Source of the DNA: an uncultured delta proteobacterium | GTDB taxonomy: Bacteria > Desulfobacterota > Binatia > UBA9968 | Length of the DNA: 64,000 bases | Direction of reading: 5' to 3' | NCBI GenBank assembly: GCA_963816145.1 | Contig: CAWFJP010000031.1 | Location: 256,001-320,000, forward strand | Part shown: positions 1 to 9,638 of the stretch, one piece after another | Position numbering within the stretch: position 1 is the first letter of the stretch | Layout: each line of letters opens with the position of its first letter | The notes under the pieces: model-generated | Database searches by the model: none | What the model was told of the DNA's origin: nothing | The model's input: the letters and a program-made list of their open reading frames with translations, nothing else | Position numbers and translations under genes: made by a program

Positions 1-405
1 CTGATGCCGAATATGCTGCGTCATCCCGGTTCGCTGCACTTTCGCGTTCCCATCGATGACACGCATACACAGATTTACCGCATTATCCGACTGCTCGACG
101 GCAAGAAGACCGCCGGGGATCTCGACGCCGACTTCGTCACCTACAAGAACGACGAAGAAGAGTTTCACATGGAAACCTTTCCGAGCCAGGACGCCATGGC
201 TTGGGAAACCCAAGGGGCGATCACCGATCGAACCCAAGAAACCCTCGGCGACTCGGACCGCGGCATTACGATCTTTCGCAAGCTCCTGCGCGAGCAGATC
301 GAGCTGGTCGCAAGCGGAGGCGAGCCGATGGCGCTGGTGCGCGACCCGGCAGTGAATCGGGTGATCAACTTCGTCACCACCGAATGGAAGGGCACCGAGG
401 ACTAA
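1..405 (+). CDS. Rieske non-heme iron oxygenase alpha subunit, C-terminal part (phthalate dioxygenase/LigX-like); 5' end outside the window
   Basis: RVPIDDTHT and QDAMAWETQG..DR..E.LG.SDRGI..FR motifs; frame is open from base 1. Confidence 0.8.
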   Translation: MMPNMLRHPGSLHFRVPIDDTHTQIYRIIRLLDGKKTAGDLDADFVTYKNDEEEFHMETFPSQDAMAWETQGAITDRTQETLGDSDRGITIFRKLLREQIELVASGGEPMALVRDPAVNRVINFVTTEWKGTED

Positions 406-441
406 GCGCGCGCCACGCCACAAGAGAAGGGCAGGAAGCAC

Positions 442-1566
442 ATGATCTTCATCGACAACCAAACCGTCGCGAAAGTCCTAACCATGCAGGACACGCTTCG
501 GGTAATCGAAAACGGCCATCAGGAATTGGCGCGTGGCGAGCTTGCCGGCAGGCCGCGGGTGGATGTCTATACGGAGACCCGGCGGCCGGAGGCGTTCCAC
601 CGCTGGGGCACCATGGAGGGGTCGAGCAAAAGCTTGCAACGATTCGCGATCCGCATGAAGTCCGACGTGGTCAGCTGGCCGGTCAAACATGGCGTCAAGG
701 TCGAAGATAAATATTGTGTCAAGCCCGGGCTTTATTGCGGCTTGATTATGCTCTTCAGCACCGACAACGGCGAGCCGCTGGCGATCATCAATGACGGCTA
801 TCTGCAGCATCTCCGTGTCGGCGCGCAGTACGGCCTCGGCGCCAAATACTTGGCGCGCCAAGACGCTGCGGTGGTCGGCATGTTGGGTTCGGGTGGCATG
901 GCGCACAGCCATCTGTTGGCGTTCGCCGCGGTGCGCAAAATTCACAAAGTGAAAATCTTCAGCCCGAACCGCGAGCATCGCGAACGCTTCGCGCGCGACA
1001 TGGAGCAGCAGCTCGACGCCGAGATGATTCCCTGCAATAGCGCCGAAGAGGCCGCCAAAGATGTCGATATCCTGGCCACCTGCACCAACGCCAAAGAGCC
1101 CACGGTGCATGCACGGATGCTCGAACCGGGCATGCACCTGACGCAGGTGTCAGGCGAATTCGCGGCTGACGTTTATGCCAAACTCGATGTCTGCATCGGC
1201 GGCGGTCCGGCGAGCCAGGTGGTCGAAGGCATTGGGATTGACGACGCCAGGGGATTTCCCACCTATCTCGCCGGCAGCGGTGCTGCGCTTGAGCAAGCCA
1301 AGGGGCGCGCGCGGCCGCGCGCCGGCAAGAAACAAGACTTCTCCGGCCGGCTGGTCTCCCTAGCGCACCTGATCACGGGCGAAACGGCGGGGCGGTTAAA
1401 CGACCAGGAAATCTCTGCGTCGAGCGGCGTGAAGGTCGGCGGCGAGGACAGCGTGAAGGGATTGCAGTTTGTTACCGTCGGCTCGCTGGTTTACGATCGC
1501 GCCAAAGCCGCTGGACTTGGACGAGAGCTGCCGACCGAATGGTTCTTGCAGGATATTCGCGATTAG
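442..1566 (+). CDS. Ornithine cyclodeaminase/mu-crystallin family protein
   Basis: LQHLRVGA, GMLGSGGMA Rossmann motif, DILATCTN, G+QFVTVG C-terminus. Confidence 0.85.
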   Translation: MIFIDNQTVAKVLTMQDTLRVIENGHQELARGELAGRPRVDVYTETRRPEAFHRWGTMEGSSKSLQRFAIRMKSDVVSWPVKHGVKVEDKYCVKPGLYCGLIMLFSTDNGEPLAIINDGYLQHLRVGAQYGLGAKYLARQDAAVVGMLGSGGMAHSHLLAFAAVRKIHKVKIFSPNREHRERFARDMEQQLDAEMIPCNSAEEAAKDVDILATCTNAKEPTVHARMLEPGMHLTQVSGEFAADVYAKLDVCIGGGPASQVVEGIGIDDARGFPTYLAGSGAALEQAKGRARPRAGKKQDFSGRLVSLAHLITGETAGRLNDQEISASSGVKVGGEDSVKGLQFVTVGSLVYDRAKAAGLGRELPTEWFLQDIRD

Positions 1567-1602
1567 GCGCGAACGTAGATAAGAATGGCCGCAAAGAACT
1601 TA

Positions 1603-1703
1603 GCGCAGCAGAGCCGCAACCAAAGCAGAAACTGGGATTTCACCGCGGAGGCGCGGAGCTCACAGAGTTCGGATTGGCATTTCAATAAATATTCTTAGCT
1701 CCG
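1603..1703. repeat. Truncated copy (left arm) of the dispersed palindromic repeat family
   Basis: GCAGCAGAGCCGCAACCAAA matches the outer arm of the 21747-21917 element; TTTCACCGCGGAGGCGCGGAGCTCACAGAGTTCGGA resembles its inner arm. Confidence 0.65.
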
Positions 1704-1850
1704 GGAAGCGAAGGACTAGGGTGCCGGGTCAGACTTTATAGCTTAACGGGAAAGCCCCAGCATCAGCTCTAAGGTCGTCGCAAAAACAAGACGGTCGCCA
1801 TTACAAGCGATATTCCCTGCTCGGATCACCGGCATCCAGTTAAAGAGTAT

Positions 1851-2261
1851 TCAGGACGGCAACTTGCAGGGAACCGTCTGCCGGCTGTGGCGGCGATAAA
1901 TGCGGAAATCCGAGTCGGTGGTGAGGATTATCGGATCCGGGAACGTTTCGCTCATGCGCACAAGGCAGGCGTCGGCGAGGCTCATAGGAACGTCTGAATA
2001 TTTCTGAAGAAGCTTTGTTACTGATTCCACGTCATTGTCCAGATCAAAAGCCGCGACCAGCGCCCGGCGACGAAGCAGCTCGCTGAGTCCAGGGGCTCCG
2101 CGCGGGCCGAGAAGATAGAAGGCTTCGGATAATACGGCTTCGCAAGTGCGCCAGGGCGGAGCGTAGTCGGGCGCGATCGTCGCCGCCCACTCGTGCTGGG
2201 AGTCACGGCGACTTAGCAGCGCCACTAAGAAGCCCGCGTCAACCAGAACGCTTCTGGCCAT
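1851..2261 (-). CDS. vapC: PIN-domain toxin (VapC family)
   Basis: VLVDAGFLVA, EAVLSEA, SLADACL and TTDSDF acidic PIN motifs; overlaps the upstream antitoxin. Confidence 0.9.
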   Translation of the reverse strand: MARSVLVDAGFLVALLSRRDSQHEWAATIAPDYAPPWRTCEAVLSEAFYLLGPRGAPGLSELLRRRALVAAFDLDNDVESVTKLLQKYSDVPMSLADACLVRMSETFPDPIILTTDSDFRIYRRHSRQTVPCKLPS

Positions 2262-2496
2262 ACCCGGTGGCTTTCAGGTAGCGCTTCTTTCGCGAGCTCA
2301 GATCAACTGGCAAACCATCGACGGAACCAATGAGATCGGCAATGGCGTCCAGCGGCGTGGATTGACCTCTGGTTGGTCGAGCGGCGCGTTGCAAGCGCTG
2401 GCGAACGACGTCGGATTTCGAACACTTGCGGCCACGCGACTCCCGCTCGATCTCGGCGACGAGCGGCTCCGGCAAGCGTACCGTCAAAGTTTTCAT
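2239..2496 (-). CDS. Ribbon-helix-helix (CopG-like) antitoxin
   Basis: MKTLTVRLPE..SKSDVVR RHH pattern; upstream of and overlapping the PIN gene. Confidence 0.8.
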   Translation of the reverse strand: MKTLTVRLPEPLVAEIERESRGRKCSKSDVVRQRLQRAARPTRGQSTPLDAIADLIGSVDGLPVDLSSRKKRYLKATGYGQKRSG

Positions 2497-2598
2497 AGCA
2501 TGAGAGTATTACAGTCCTGCCGGGTATGCAAGACATTTTGTAGCGGGCGCAGGGTTAGGATGTCTTCGAAGTTTGACAGGGGAAATCCTGTATCTGAT

Positions 2599-3261
2599 TC
2601 ACCCGGTGCATTTCGCTGCGAAATGATCCCAGGCGCGTTCCACCGACGTTGGTTTGAAAGTCCGTTTGGCGATCTTCTCGGCCTCGTCGCGCTCCATGAA
2701 CATCGGGGCGCCCAACCGCATAGCTTCGGTTTGCAGCCGTGCCGACTCTTCCAAGAAAAGCCCCAGCATGCAGACTTCACGGATCGACTGGCCGACGACT
2801 ACCGCACCATGGCCGCGCAGCATAAGTGCCTTGGCATCGCCCAAGAGCTTGGCCATTTCCCCGGCTCGCGCCGGCGACTCGACCTGGCCGGTGCCGGTGT
2901 AGAGCGGCACGCCTTGGTAGAAGATCGCGCTGTAGTTGTGCATCGGCCGGATGGTTTGGCCGACCACGCTCAGGAGCACCACCGCCGGCGAATGAAAGTG
3001 AAAAACTGCCTTGACGTCGGGACGGGCTTTGTAAATCGCCTGATGCAAGGCGGACTGCGGCACCGGTCTGTCGAAGTCGACGAAGAACAACTCGTCCTTC
3101 TGCACCAGCGCCGGGCTCTTGCGCGGCATGAACATCATTTCGTTGCCGTCATGGCTGCGCGCGCTCAAATGGGCAAAGGCGTCGCTCAACCCTTCACGAT
3201 AGATAATCCGCAGCGCCGTGATGAAATCGCTTTTTACCGGAGTGTAGGTATCTTCAATCAT
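2599..3261 (-). CDS. Class II aldolase/adducin family protein
   Basis: HLSAR, LHQAIYKARPDVKAVFHFHSP, LMLRGHGAVVVG. Confidence 0.9.
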   Translation of the reverse strand: MIEDTYTPVKSDFITALRIIYREGLSDAFAHLSARSHDGNEMMFMPRKSPALVQKDELFFVDFDRPVPQSALHQAIYKARPDVKAVFHFHSPAVVLLSVVGQTIRPMHNYSAIFYQGVPLYTGTGQVESPARAGEMAKLLGDAKALMLRGHGAVVVGQSIREVCMLGLFLEESARLQTEAMRLGAPMFMERDEAEKIAKRTFKPTSVERAWDHFAAKCTG

Positions 3262-3535
3262 GCTTCACTTTCCTTTTTGGCTGGACGAGTCATGAGTCAC
3301 ACCTCAAGGGTTCAATTGCCCAATTGGCGCGTAGTCAACGAGCGGCTTTCGCATCGCCTTAAGTTTATTCTCTCCCAGCATCAAAGATCAACCGCGGCAG
3401 TGGCAACGGCAAGATGCAAGACAGGATGGCGCCGGTAAACGGTTTTCATAGGCGGACGGCTGGCTACCTTTAAACGGGGTTTTTGGGATATGTCTAGGGG
3501 CAAGATCTTCGCATATAAAAAAGGAGGACTCATCC

Positions 3536-3928
3536 ATGGCAAAGACGACGCTCAATCCGGACGGACTTGCGGTGCCGCGTGGGAGTTATTCGTTGGTCAA
3601 TATCGCCCAACCTGGCCGTATGGTATTCATCGCCGGACAAACGGCTTCGGATCATGAAGGCAAAGTCGTCGGCGACGGCGATCCGCGCGCGCAGACGCGC
3701 GCTGTGCTCGGCAAGATCAAGCTGGCGGTGGAAGCCGCCGGCGGCGCGATGGCGGACATCGTGGCGATGAATGTGTTCACCACGGATGTGCGTTATCACC
3801 GCGACATTAACGAGACCCGCCGTGAAGTGTTGGGCGCAAACTTCCCGACCAGCACGATGGTCCAAGTGGTGGCGCTGGCGCGGCCCGAATTGTTGTTGGA
3901 GATCAACGCCATCGCGGTGATCCCTTGA
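3536..3928 (+). CDS. RidA/YjgF/UK114 family protein
   Basis: YS, VFIAGQ, PTSTMVQVVALARPELLLEI; AGGAGG RBS. Confidence 0.9.
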   Translation: MAKTTLNPDGLAVPRGSYSLVNIAQPGRMVFIAGQTASDHEGKVVGDGDPRAQTRAVLGKIKLAVEAAGGAMADIVAMNVFTTDVRYHRDINETRREVLGANFPTSTMVQVVALARPELLLEINAIAVIP

Positions 3929-4075
3929 AGCGCCGCAATCGCGGCGCCGGCAGACCCGCTCAGGTCATGCAATGCCATAATTCGCGAACTCGGCGCGTCG
4001 AGCGCCAGGTCCATGCATTGACTGAATGGTTATCTAGTAGCCTGGCTAATCTCGGGTCAATCTCGCTCGCGGATT

Positions 4076-4645
4076 TCAGCACTTCCGGCAGATGAGATCG
4101 CCCTTGGGAAACGGTAATAAAACCGCGTCGACGCGCGGATCGTTGTAGGCGCGTTTGATGAACTCGCTCTGCATGCGCGGCGAGGTGACGTTATCGACCA
4201 CCAGCCAGCCGCCGGGCACCAGGCGCGGCACGACGAGTTCATAAATTTTGGCGTTGTTCTCCGGCGGTTCGATGTCGGAGAAGCAAAACGCTAGCGGTTC
4301 CGGCTGATTCGCGAAGTCGAAGGCGTTGCCCTGGTGAACTTGTACTGAACCGTCCGCGCCGGCTTTGGCGATATTGGCCCGGGCCAAGGCGACCTTCTTT
4401 TCATCGAGATCGACCGTGGTCAGGGTGACGCCTTTGGCGCGCGCCGCCAGCGAGAGCCAGATACTGGAATAGCCGCCGCTGCTGCCGAGCTCGAGAAAGG
4501 CGCCCGGCGGCGCCGACATAGCTAGCAGCGAGAGCACCCGCGCGACATCGGTGTCGACGCTGCGCAGCGACCGTTGATCGCGCGCCAGTTGCTCTTCCAT
4601 GGTCTGCATCACCTCCCGCATGCCGGCGGAAATGTCATGAAACAT
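4076..4645 (-). CDS. Class I SAM-dependent O-methyltransferase (YrrM/COMT-like)
   Basis: LELGSSGGYSSIWL, LVPGGWLVVDNV; ATG at 4645 overlaps the end of the radical SAM gene. Confidence 0.85.
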   Translation of the reverse strand: MFHDISAGMREVMQTMEEQLARDQRSLRSVDTDVARVLSLLAMSAPPGAFLELGSSGGYSSIWLSLAARAKGVTLTTVDLDEKKVALARANIAKAGADGSVQVHQGNAFDFANQPEPLAFCFSDIEPPENNAKIYELVVPRLVPGGWLVVDNVTSPRMQSEFIKRAYNDPRVDAVLLPFPKGDLICRKC

Positions 4646-6053
4646 GAGCGCCCTCCGCGATGTTCTCCCATGGCACGCTGCGCCGGTCGATCTGCGCTTG
4701 GACATCGGCCGGGAATAAATTTTCCTTCAACATCACATAGTCGCCGTAACAGCCATGCACCGGACCGAGCAGATTGCGCTCGGCCAGGAGGCCCCCCTTG
4801 CGTGTGCCGAACTTCGGCAGCTTGTCGCGATATTTCTGGTACAGCTCGTACCAAGTGCGCGTCATCAGAATGTAATAGTCCAACGGCACCGGCGGCTGCT
4901 CGGCTTCCTTGCACAGTGCCGTGGACGGCTCGCGGCGCCACTGCTGCGGCCGCGGGAAAATGCCGCGTGACATCAAGTATTCGAATCCGGAAGTCGTCGA
5001 CTTGACCGCTTCCTCGACGGTCTTGAAGCCATGGGGCCGCGCCATTTCGATGCCCGAGACGAAGCTCGGCTGGACCATGCCATTGCCGAACACTTCCACC
5101 GCGTCTTCCATCCAGCGCACCCAGTTGTCCCAGCCGACCCGCTCGGCCTTGCCGGGATTGATCCAGGGAAAGAGATCTTTGTCCCAGATTTCCATGTTGA
5201 AGTGGATATGGTCGGCGCCGGCGTCTTTGTAGCGCTGCACTTCGTCGCGCGGCCGGGCGTTGACTTCGAAAGTGATGCGCGGTTTGGTCGGGATGTTTTT
5301 GATCGCGCGGATATACTCTTCGTAAAAATCGACTTCGCTTTTGCCGTGCAGCGTCTTGGTGATGCTGCCGCCGCTGAGCACGAAGCCTTGCCCCGCGCCG
5401 ATCTTTTGCGCGTCGCCGGCGACATGCTCGCATACCGTGACCACGTCGGCCACCGATTTCACCGGCGCGTTGAGCGTGAAATCGCGCGACAGCTTCATCT
5501 GGCGCGCGTTCTCGTTGATATCGCAGAACTTGCATTCTTCCTTGGCGCCCCAGTACTGGCAATTGCGAAAGATCGTGATGAACGAACCGAAGGCGACGAT
5601 CTCGTGATAGGGTGTGCCGTCGGGCAGGCTCTTGAAATAGTAATCCGGCGTTTTGGGAATCCGCACATGAGATACGACTTGCCCGTCGACGGTCAAAACC
5701 AGCCGCCCGTCGACGACGTCGACCAGATACGGTGAATCGGGCGATAGCGATGTTTGGATCGCCACCGGCCGCATGTCGTAGGGGCCATTGAGCAAAACAA
5801 AATGCTCCGGCACGCGCCGATGCTCGTTCCTTTTAAAATACGACATCGGCACCAGGTCGTACGAGAACAAGCGATAGGATTTGACCAGCGCTCCTTCCGA
5901 GGCATCCAATGCTGCATCGCTGAACCAGTGGCCGAGGCTCAACATATGCTGCTTGAGAATCGTCTCCTTCGGAACATCGGGGTACTTGTTGAAATAGCCC
6001 TCGAGGATTTCGAGATTGGACTTGGCTGTCGTCGCGTTCTTAACCATATGCAC
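4635..6053 (-). CDS. Radical SAM enzyme with variant CX8CX2C motif
   Basis: CQYWGAKEECKFC cluster motif, LSGG, NMEIWD..LF....PGK. Confidence 0.85.
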   Translation of the reverse strand: MHMVKNATTAKSNLEILEGYFNKYPDVPKETILKQHMLSLGHWFSDAALDASEGALVKSYRLFSYDLVPMSYFKRNEHRRVPEHFVLLNGPYDMRPVAIQTSLSPDSPYLVDVVDGRLVLTVDGQVVSHVRIPKTPDYYFKSLPDGTPYHEIVAFGSFITIFRNCQYWGAKEECKFCDINENARQMKLSRDFTLNAPVKSVADVVTVCEHVAGDAQKIGAGQGFVLSGGSITKTLHGKSEVDFYEEYIRAIKNIPTKPRITFEVNARPRDEVQRYKDAGADHIHFNMEIWDKDLFPWINPGKAERVGWDNWVRWMEDAVEVFGNGMVQPSFVSGIEMARPHGFKTVEEAVKSTTSGFEYLMSRGIFPRPQQWRREPSTALCKEAEQPPVPLDYYILMTRTWYELYQKYRDKLPKFGTRKGGLLAERNLLGPVHGCYGDYVMLKENLFPADVQAQIDRRSVPWENIAEGAHVS

Positions 6054-6108
6054 GGACCCTTTCGTTGCCGGCTTCGTGAATAGTTTTAACCCGGCGCCTT
6101 CGTTCTGT

Positions 6109-7239
6109 CTACTTTAGCAGCGCATGCGCCGCCTTCAACGCCGGTTTGCGCACCTTATCGAATTTTTCTTCCGACTGATTCTCGACTTGCCAAAACTCAT
6201 CCGCCGACATCACATCTTTGGCCGCGATGGTGCCGGTTTCTCGCAACCAGCGGGTATCGACATCGTTGCGCCGCGTCGCTTGCGCCAGGCCGCGGGAGAA
6301 AACCTCTTGGCCGTCGCGGCTGAGCAGCCAATTGACGAATACCTTGGTGCTGTTCGGATGGGCCGGCGCTTTGATGATCGCCAGATTACCGCTGCCGCCG
6401 GTGCCAAACGTGCCTTCTTTCAGAGTCGGCAGCGGCTTCACCGGCAATCCGGCTTTCACGAACGGGAGAAAAGAATAGTAGGTGTTGCCGATCAACAAAG
6501 CGACGCGCCCCTTGGCCAGACCTTCCGAGAGCACCCGCTGATCGCGGCCGATATATAAATCCTGCGCCGCGAGACTCTTGAGATACTCCTCGCCTTTGAC
6601 CTGCCACATGTAGGACCAGTTGGCGTCGCCGCCGCCGGGCGTGCGCGGATCGAGAATGCCGATCTTGCCTTTCCACTTCGGGTTGAGGAAATCGTCGAAC
6701 GAACGAAGCTCATTCAGCTTGACCAGATCGGTGTTGTACCAAATACTCTCCGGCAGATAGGCTTGGAACATGTAAACAAAACGCTTGGCAGCATCAACCC
6801 ACAGATGGCCGCCCCACCACTGTTTGGGATCTCTAACTTCGGGCAGCACGAGCCAGGGATCGATTGCATCGATAATGCCTTCGTCGAGCATGCCGGAGAT
6901 GATCGAAGAAGAACCGCCGATATGGAGATCGAAATAGCGCACACCGGCTTTGAATTCGTCCGCCATCCGGCGCACGCCGGTGCTGCCGCGCGCCGTGAAG
7001 ACCTCCACTTCGATACCGTAGCGTTTCTTGAATTGCTCCTCGATTTGTCGTTTCAACTCGGCGCTGGCCGGGAGCGATACCGTGACCTTGCCCTCTTTGC
7101 GCGCGGCATCGACCAACTTGTCCCATTCCGGCGCGCTTGCGGCTTTGCTTGGTTGGCCGTAAACCGCGGGAGCCAAAATTAGGGCGCCGAAAAGCGCGAC
7201 TGCTAACACACTTCTCGCGATGATGATCGGGACTGGCAT
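6109..7239 (-). CDS. ABC transporter extracellular solute-binding protein (Fe3+/thiamine-type family)
   Basis: Signal peptide, AARKEGKVTV, NPKWKGKI, APAHPNSTKVFVNWLLSRDGQ. Confidence 0.85.
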   Translation of the reverse strand: MPVPIIIARSVLAVALFGALILAPAVYGQPSKAASAPEWDKLVDAARKEGKVTVSLPASAELKRQIEEQFKKRYGIEVEVFTARGSTGVRRMADEFKAGVRYFDLHIGGSSSIISGMLDEGIIDAIDPWLVLPEVRDPKQWWGGHLWVDAAKRFVYMFQAYLPESIWYNTDLVKLNELRSFDDFLNPKWKGKIGILDPRTPGGGDANWSYMWQVKGEEYLKSLAAQDLYIGRDQRVLSEGLAKGRVALLIGNTYYSFLPFVKAGLPVKPLPTLKEGTFGTGGSGNLAIIKAPAHPNSTKVFVNWLLSRDGQEVFSRGLAQATRRNDVDTRWLRETGTIAAKDVMSADEFWQVENQSEEKFDKVRKPALKAAHALLK

Positions 7240-7457
7240 CCTGCGATCTCCACTACGCCAAAAAAATTACGCGCGCGCTAAGTGAATACATCTGTGGAAG
7301 CTTTTTGCTTGACGGAGTATTAGTTCTTTTAATGGAATCTATTGATATGTCAAGGATATTTGCGATGGACGTCAATGTCTTTGGGTGACGATGTGGCAAC
7401 CTCGAATAAATCGAAGTTGCACCGTTGTCGAGGCAGAATGAATGGCCGCAAGCAGTA

Positions 7458-8033
7458 TCATTTGCCGAACTTCATCGCCTTCGGACGGGCCAGGAGTCGA
7501 TCGACATAGGCCTCGAGCGCCGGCCGGCCTGGGGGCGCGCCGAAGATGCGCTTCCAAATGAACATGGAGCCGATCATGACGTCGGCGGCGGTGAACCAGT
7601 CGCCGAATAAATAGGGCCCCTTGCCGAGCTCCCCCTCGACAACGTCCTGCGCCGTCGCGAAATCAGTCCAGCCGCGTTGGGGCAAGTGTTCCACTTTCAA
7701 CAACGCGTCGCCCATCGCCGGTTCGAGTTGGGAGGTCGAGTAGACCATCAACGACAGATAGCGGCCGCGCTCGGGCGCGCCGATTGCGGGTGCCAGGTTG
7801 GCGTGGGAGAATTTGTCGCCAAGATACAAGCAGATCGCCGCCCCCTCGAAGATTTTCGCATCGCCGTCTTCGAGTGCGGGCAGCTTGCCGGCCGGGTTGA
7901 TCTTGAGAAACTCCGGCGTCTTGTGCTCGCGCTTGGTAAAATCGATGGGCACGATGTCATATTGCGCATCGCACTCGTCGAGCATCCACTTGGCGATCAC
8001 GGCGCGGCTTTGCGGATTGTAGTAGAGCTTCAT
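7458..8033 (-). CDS. Glutathione S-transferase family protein
   Basis: INPAGKLPAL, EGAAICLYL, YLFGDWFTAADV. Confidence 0.92.
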   Translation of the reverse strand: MKLYYNPQSRAVIAKWMLDECDAQYDIVPIDFTKREHKTPEFLKINPAGKLPALEDGDAKIFEGAAICLYLGDKFSHANLAPAIGAPERGRYLSLMVYSTSQLEPAMGDALLKVEHLPQRGWTDFATAQDVVEGELGKGPYLFGDWFTAADVMIGSMFIWKRIFGAPPGRPALEAYVDRLLARPKAMKFGK

Positions 8034-8182
8034 GGCATCACCTTTCATTCGAATTTACGGTTCGATGTTCTTCATAAAGTTTCTAAAGTAAGCGGTGTGA
8101 AATCAACCCGGCTCGGGAAATTTTGACTTTAGACGATCTGCTCAAGCGCCGTCGCTGCATGAGGATAATCCGCGGACCATGT

Positions 8183-8728
8183 TCAATGTTTGCGAAATTG
8201 TCGCCGCAAGCTGTTTGGGGCGTTAGCGCAGTTGCCGCTTCTGCGGCAACGCACGACAAGCCAACAATAGACAATCAGCAAAGCGGCGTAATTGGCGGCC
8301 ATGAGCCACGGCGTAGTCCACGGGACGCCGTCGACGAACGGTGTCGGCAATGGCCAGAGAAAAGGCGTCGGGAAGTAGCGCGTAACATGGGTGGGAATAT
8401 CGCAAACGATATGCAGCAGCCATGCAGCGAGCAGCCATGGAGGTTTCTTGATCAGCGCCCACAGCAACATGAAAGCGGCCGCCCAAACGATCAGACTGTG
8501 CGTCATATTATACGCGTGAAAGACGTACGGCGGCAGCGTCGACAGGGCCGGCGGTCCGGAGATATTTCCCAGTAAACGTTCGGTGATCCACCCGGGATGG
8601 GCGACGTGGAAAACCCCAAACGATAATAGGTCCGGCGCCATGCCGAGCGTGGCGCCCGCTAGGAACTGCTTGCGCCCCTGCGAATAAAATAGCGCGCCGC
8701 CCCACAGTCCATGTGCAACGACGTCCAT
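8183..8728 (-). CDS. Membrane-bound metal-dependent hydrolase (YdjM-like)
   Basis: MD..AH, PDL, THSL and HIVCD motifs with hydrophobic segments. Confidence 0.65.
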   Translation of the reverse strand: MDVVAHGLWGGALFYSQGRKQFLAGATLGMAPDLLSFGVFHVAHPGWITERLLGNISGPPALSTLPPYVFHAYNMTHSLIVWAAAFMLLWALIKKPPWLLAAWLLHIVCDIPTHVTRYFPTPFLWPLPTPFVDGVPWTTPWLMAANYAALLIVYCWLVVRCRRSGNCANAPNSLRRQFRKH

Positions 8729-8965
8729 ACGAGTTAACGATAGCGTGGTTTGCCGGTGATCGCAGAAGAGTTTTGAAATCGAGGCATGGGGCGAGAACGT
8801 TGTTTACGTTCGTTTCACTGTAATCAGAAAAGCGTTGGTGTGAAAGAGCCGGAGTTCCGGCGATGGGGGTGAAGAGTGACGGGATGTTACCGGAGCAAAA
8901 TAATCTCGCGTACCAAGAGGACCAGCGGCGCGCGGCCGGAACCAGCGCGCAGCAAATTGCGCAGT

Positions 8966-9000
8966 AGCGGCAAGGGAGGCGTTTTGTCTCCCTTGCCGCT
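8966..9000. terminator. Strong hairpin just downstream of hsp20, probable terminator
   Basis: AGCGGCAAGGGAGGC / GTCTCCCTTGCCGCT stem. Confidence 0.5.
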
Positions 9001-9019
9001 TTGCGTTACAAGCAGCTAA

Positions 9020-9460
9020 TTAATGCACGCTAATGGCGATTTGTCGCGGTTTGGCCTCTTCAGCTTTGGGTACGCGGATCTCCAGTATGCCATCTTTGTA
9101 GGTAGCTTCGATGCCGTCGGCTTTCGCGGTCTCGGGCAGTGAGAACGAGCGCCAAAACTTTGCTGCGACCCGTTCGACATGGCGGTATTCAACGCCGTCA
9201 GCCGGTTTCTCGGATTTGGTTTCGCCGCTGAGCACCAGCTTGCCGTCCTTAACCTCAACTTTTATCTCATCCCGTTTCATTCCCGGCAGCTCGGCGCGAA
9301 TCAAATATGCGTCCTTACTTTCCAGCACATCCACCGCGGGATGCCAGTGGCGCACACTTGGCCGGGCTGACGAGCGCCCTAAATTCTCATCGAACAAATC
9401 GTTAAACAACGAACGATAGTTACCAACGTGAGCAAACGGTTCAAATCTTACTAGTTCCAT
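9020..9460 (-). CDS. Hsp20/alpha-crystallin small heat shock protein
   Basis: PAVDVLE, AELPGMK, F.RSFSLP, ATYKDGILEI.VPK; AAGGAGG RBS. Confidence 0.95.
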   Translation of the reverse strand: MELVRFEPFAHVGNYRSLFNDLFDENLGRSSARPSVRHWHPAVDVLESKDAYLIRAELPGMKRDEIKVEVKDGKLVLSGETKSEKPADGVEYRHVERVAAKFWRSFSLPETAKADGIEATYKDGILEIRVPKAEEAKPRQIAISVH

Positions 9461-9638
9461 AAATCGGTGACCTCCTTGTGATGAGCAGAAAAGTAAGCAT
9501 GGGCCGCTGGGGCGTCAAGCGGCTTGACAAATAGCGATGTCGTGCTTATTGGCGCGCTCTCGATAAATCGGTGCTTGAGGAAAAAATGATGGCGACTTGA
9601 ACCGGTGTGCGGGATTCAGCCGGTCTATCGAGCCGGAA

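Noticed and set aside
2362-3438. Long alternative-frame ORFs (e.g. 2362-3438, 9822-10898, 14070-15080, 49091-50026)
   Set aside because: Antisense or shifted-frame shadows of well-supported genes in GC-rich DNA, with no recognisable motifs.
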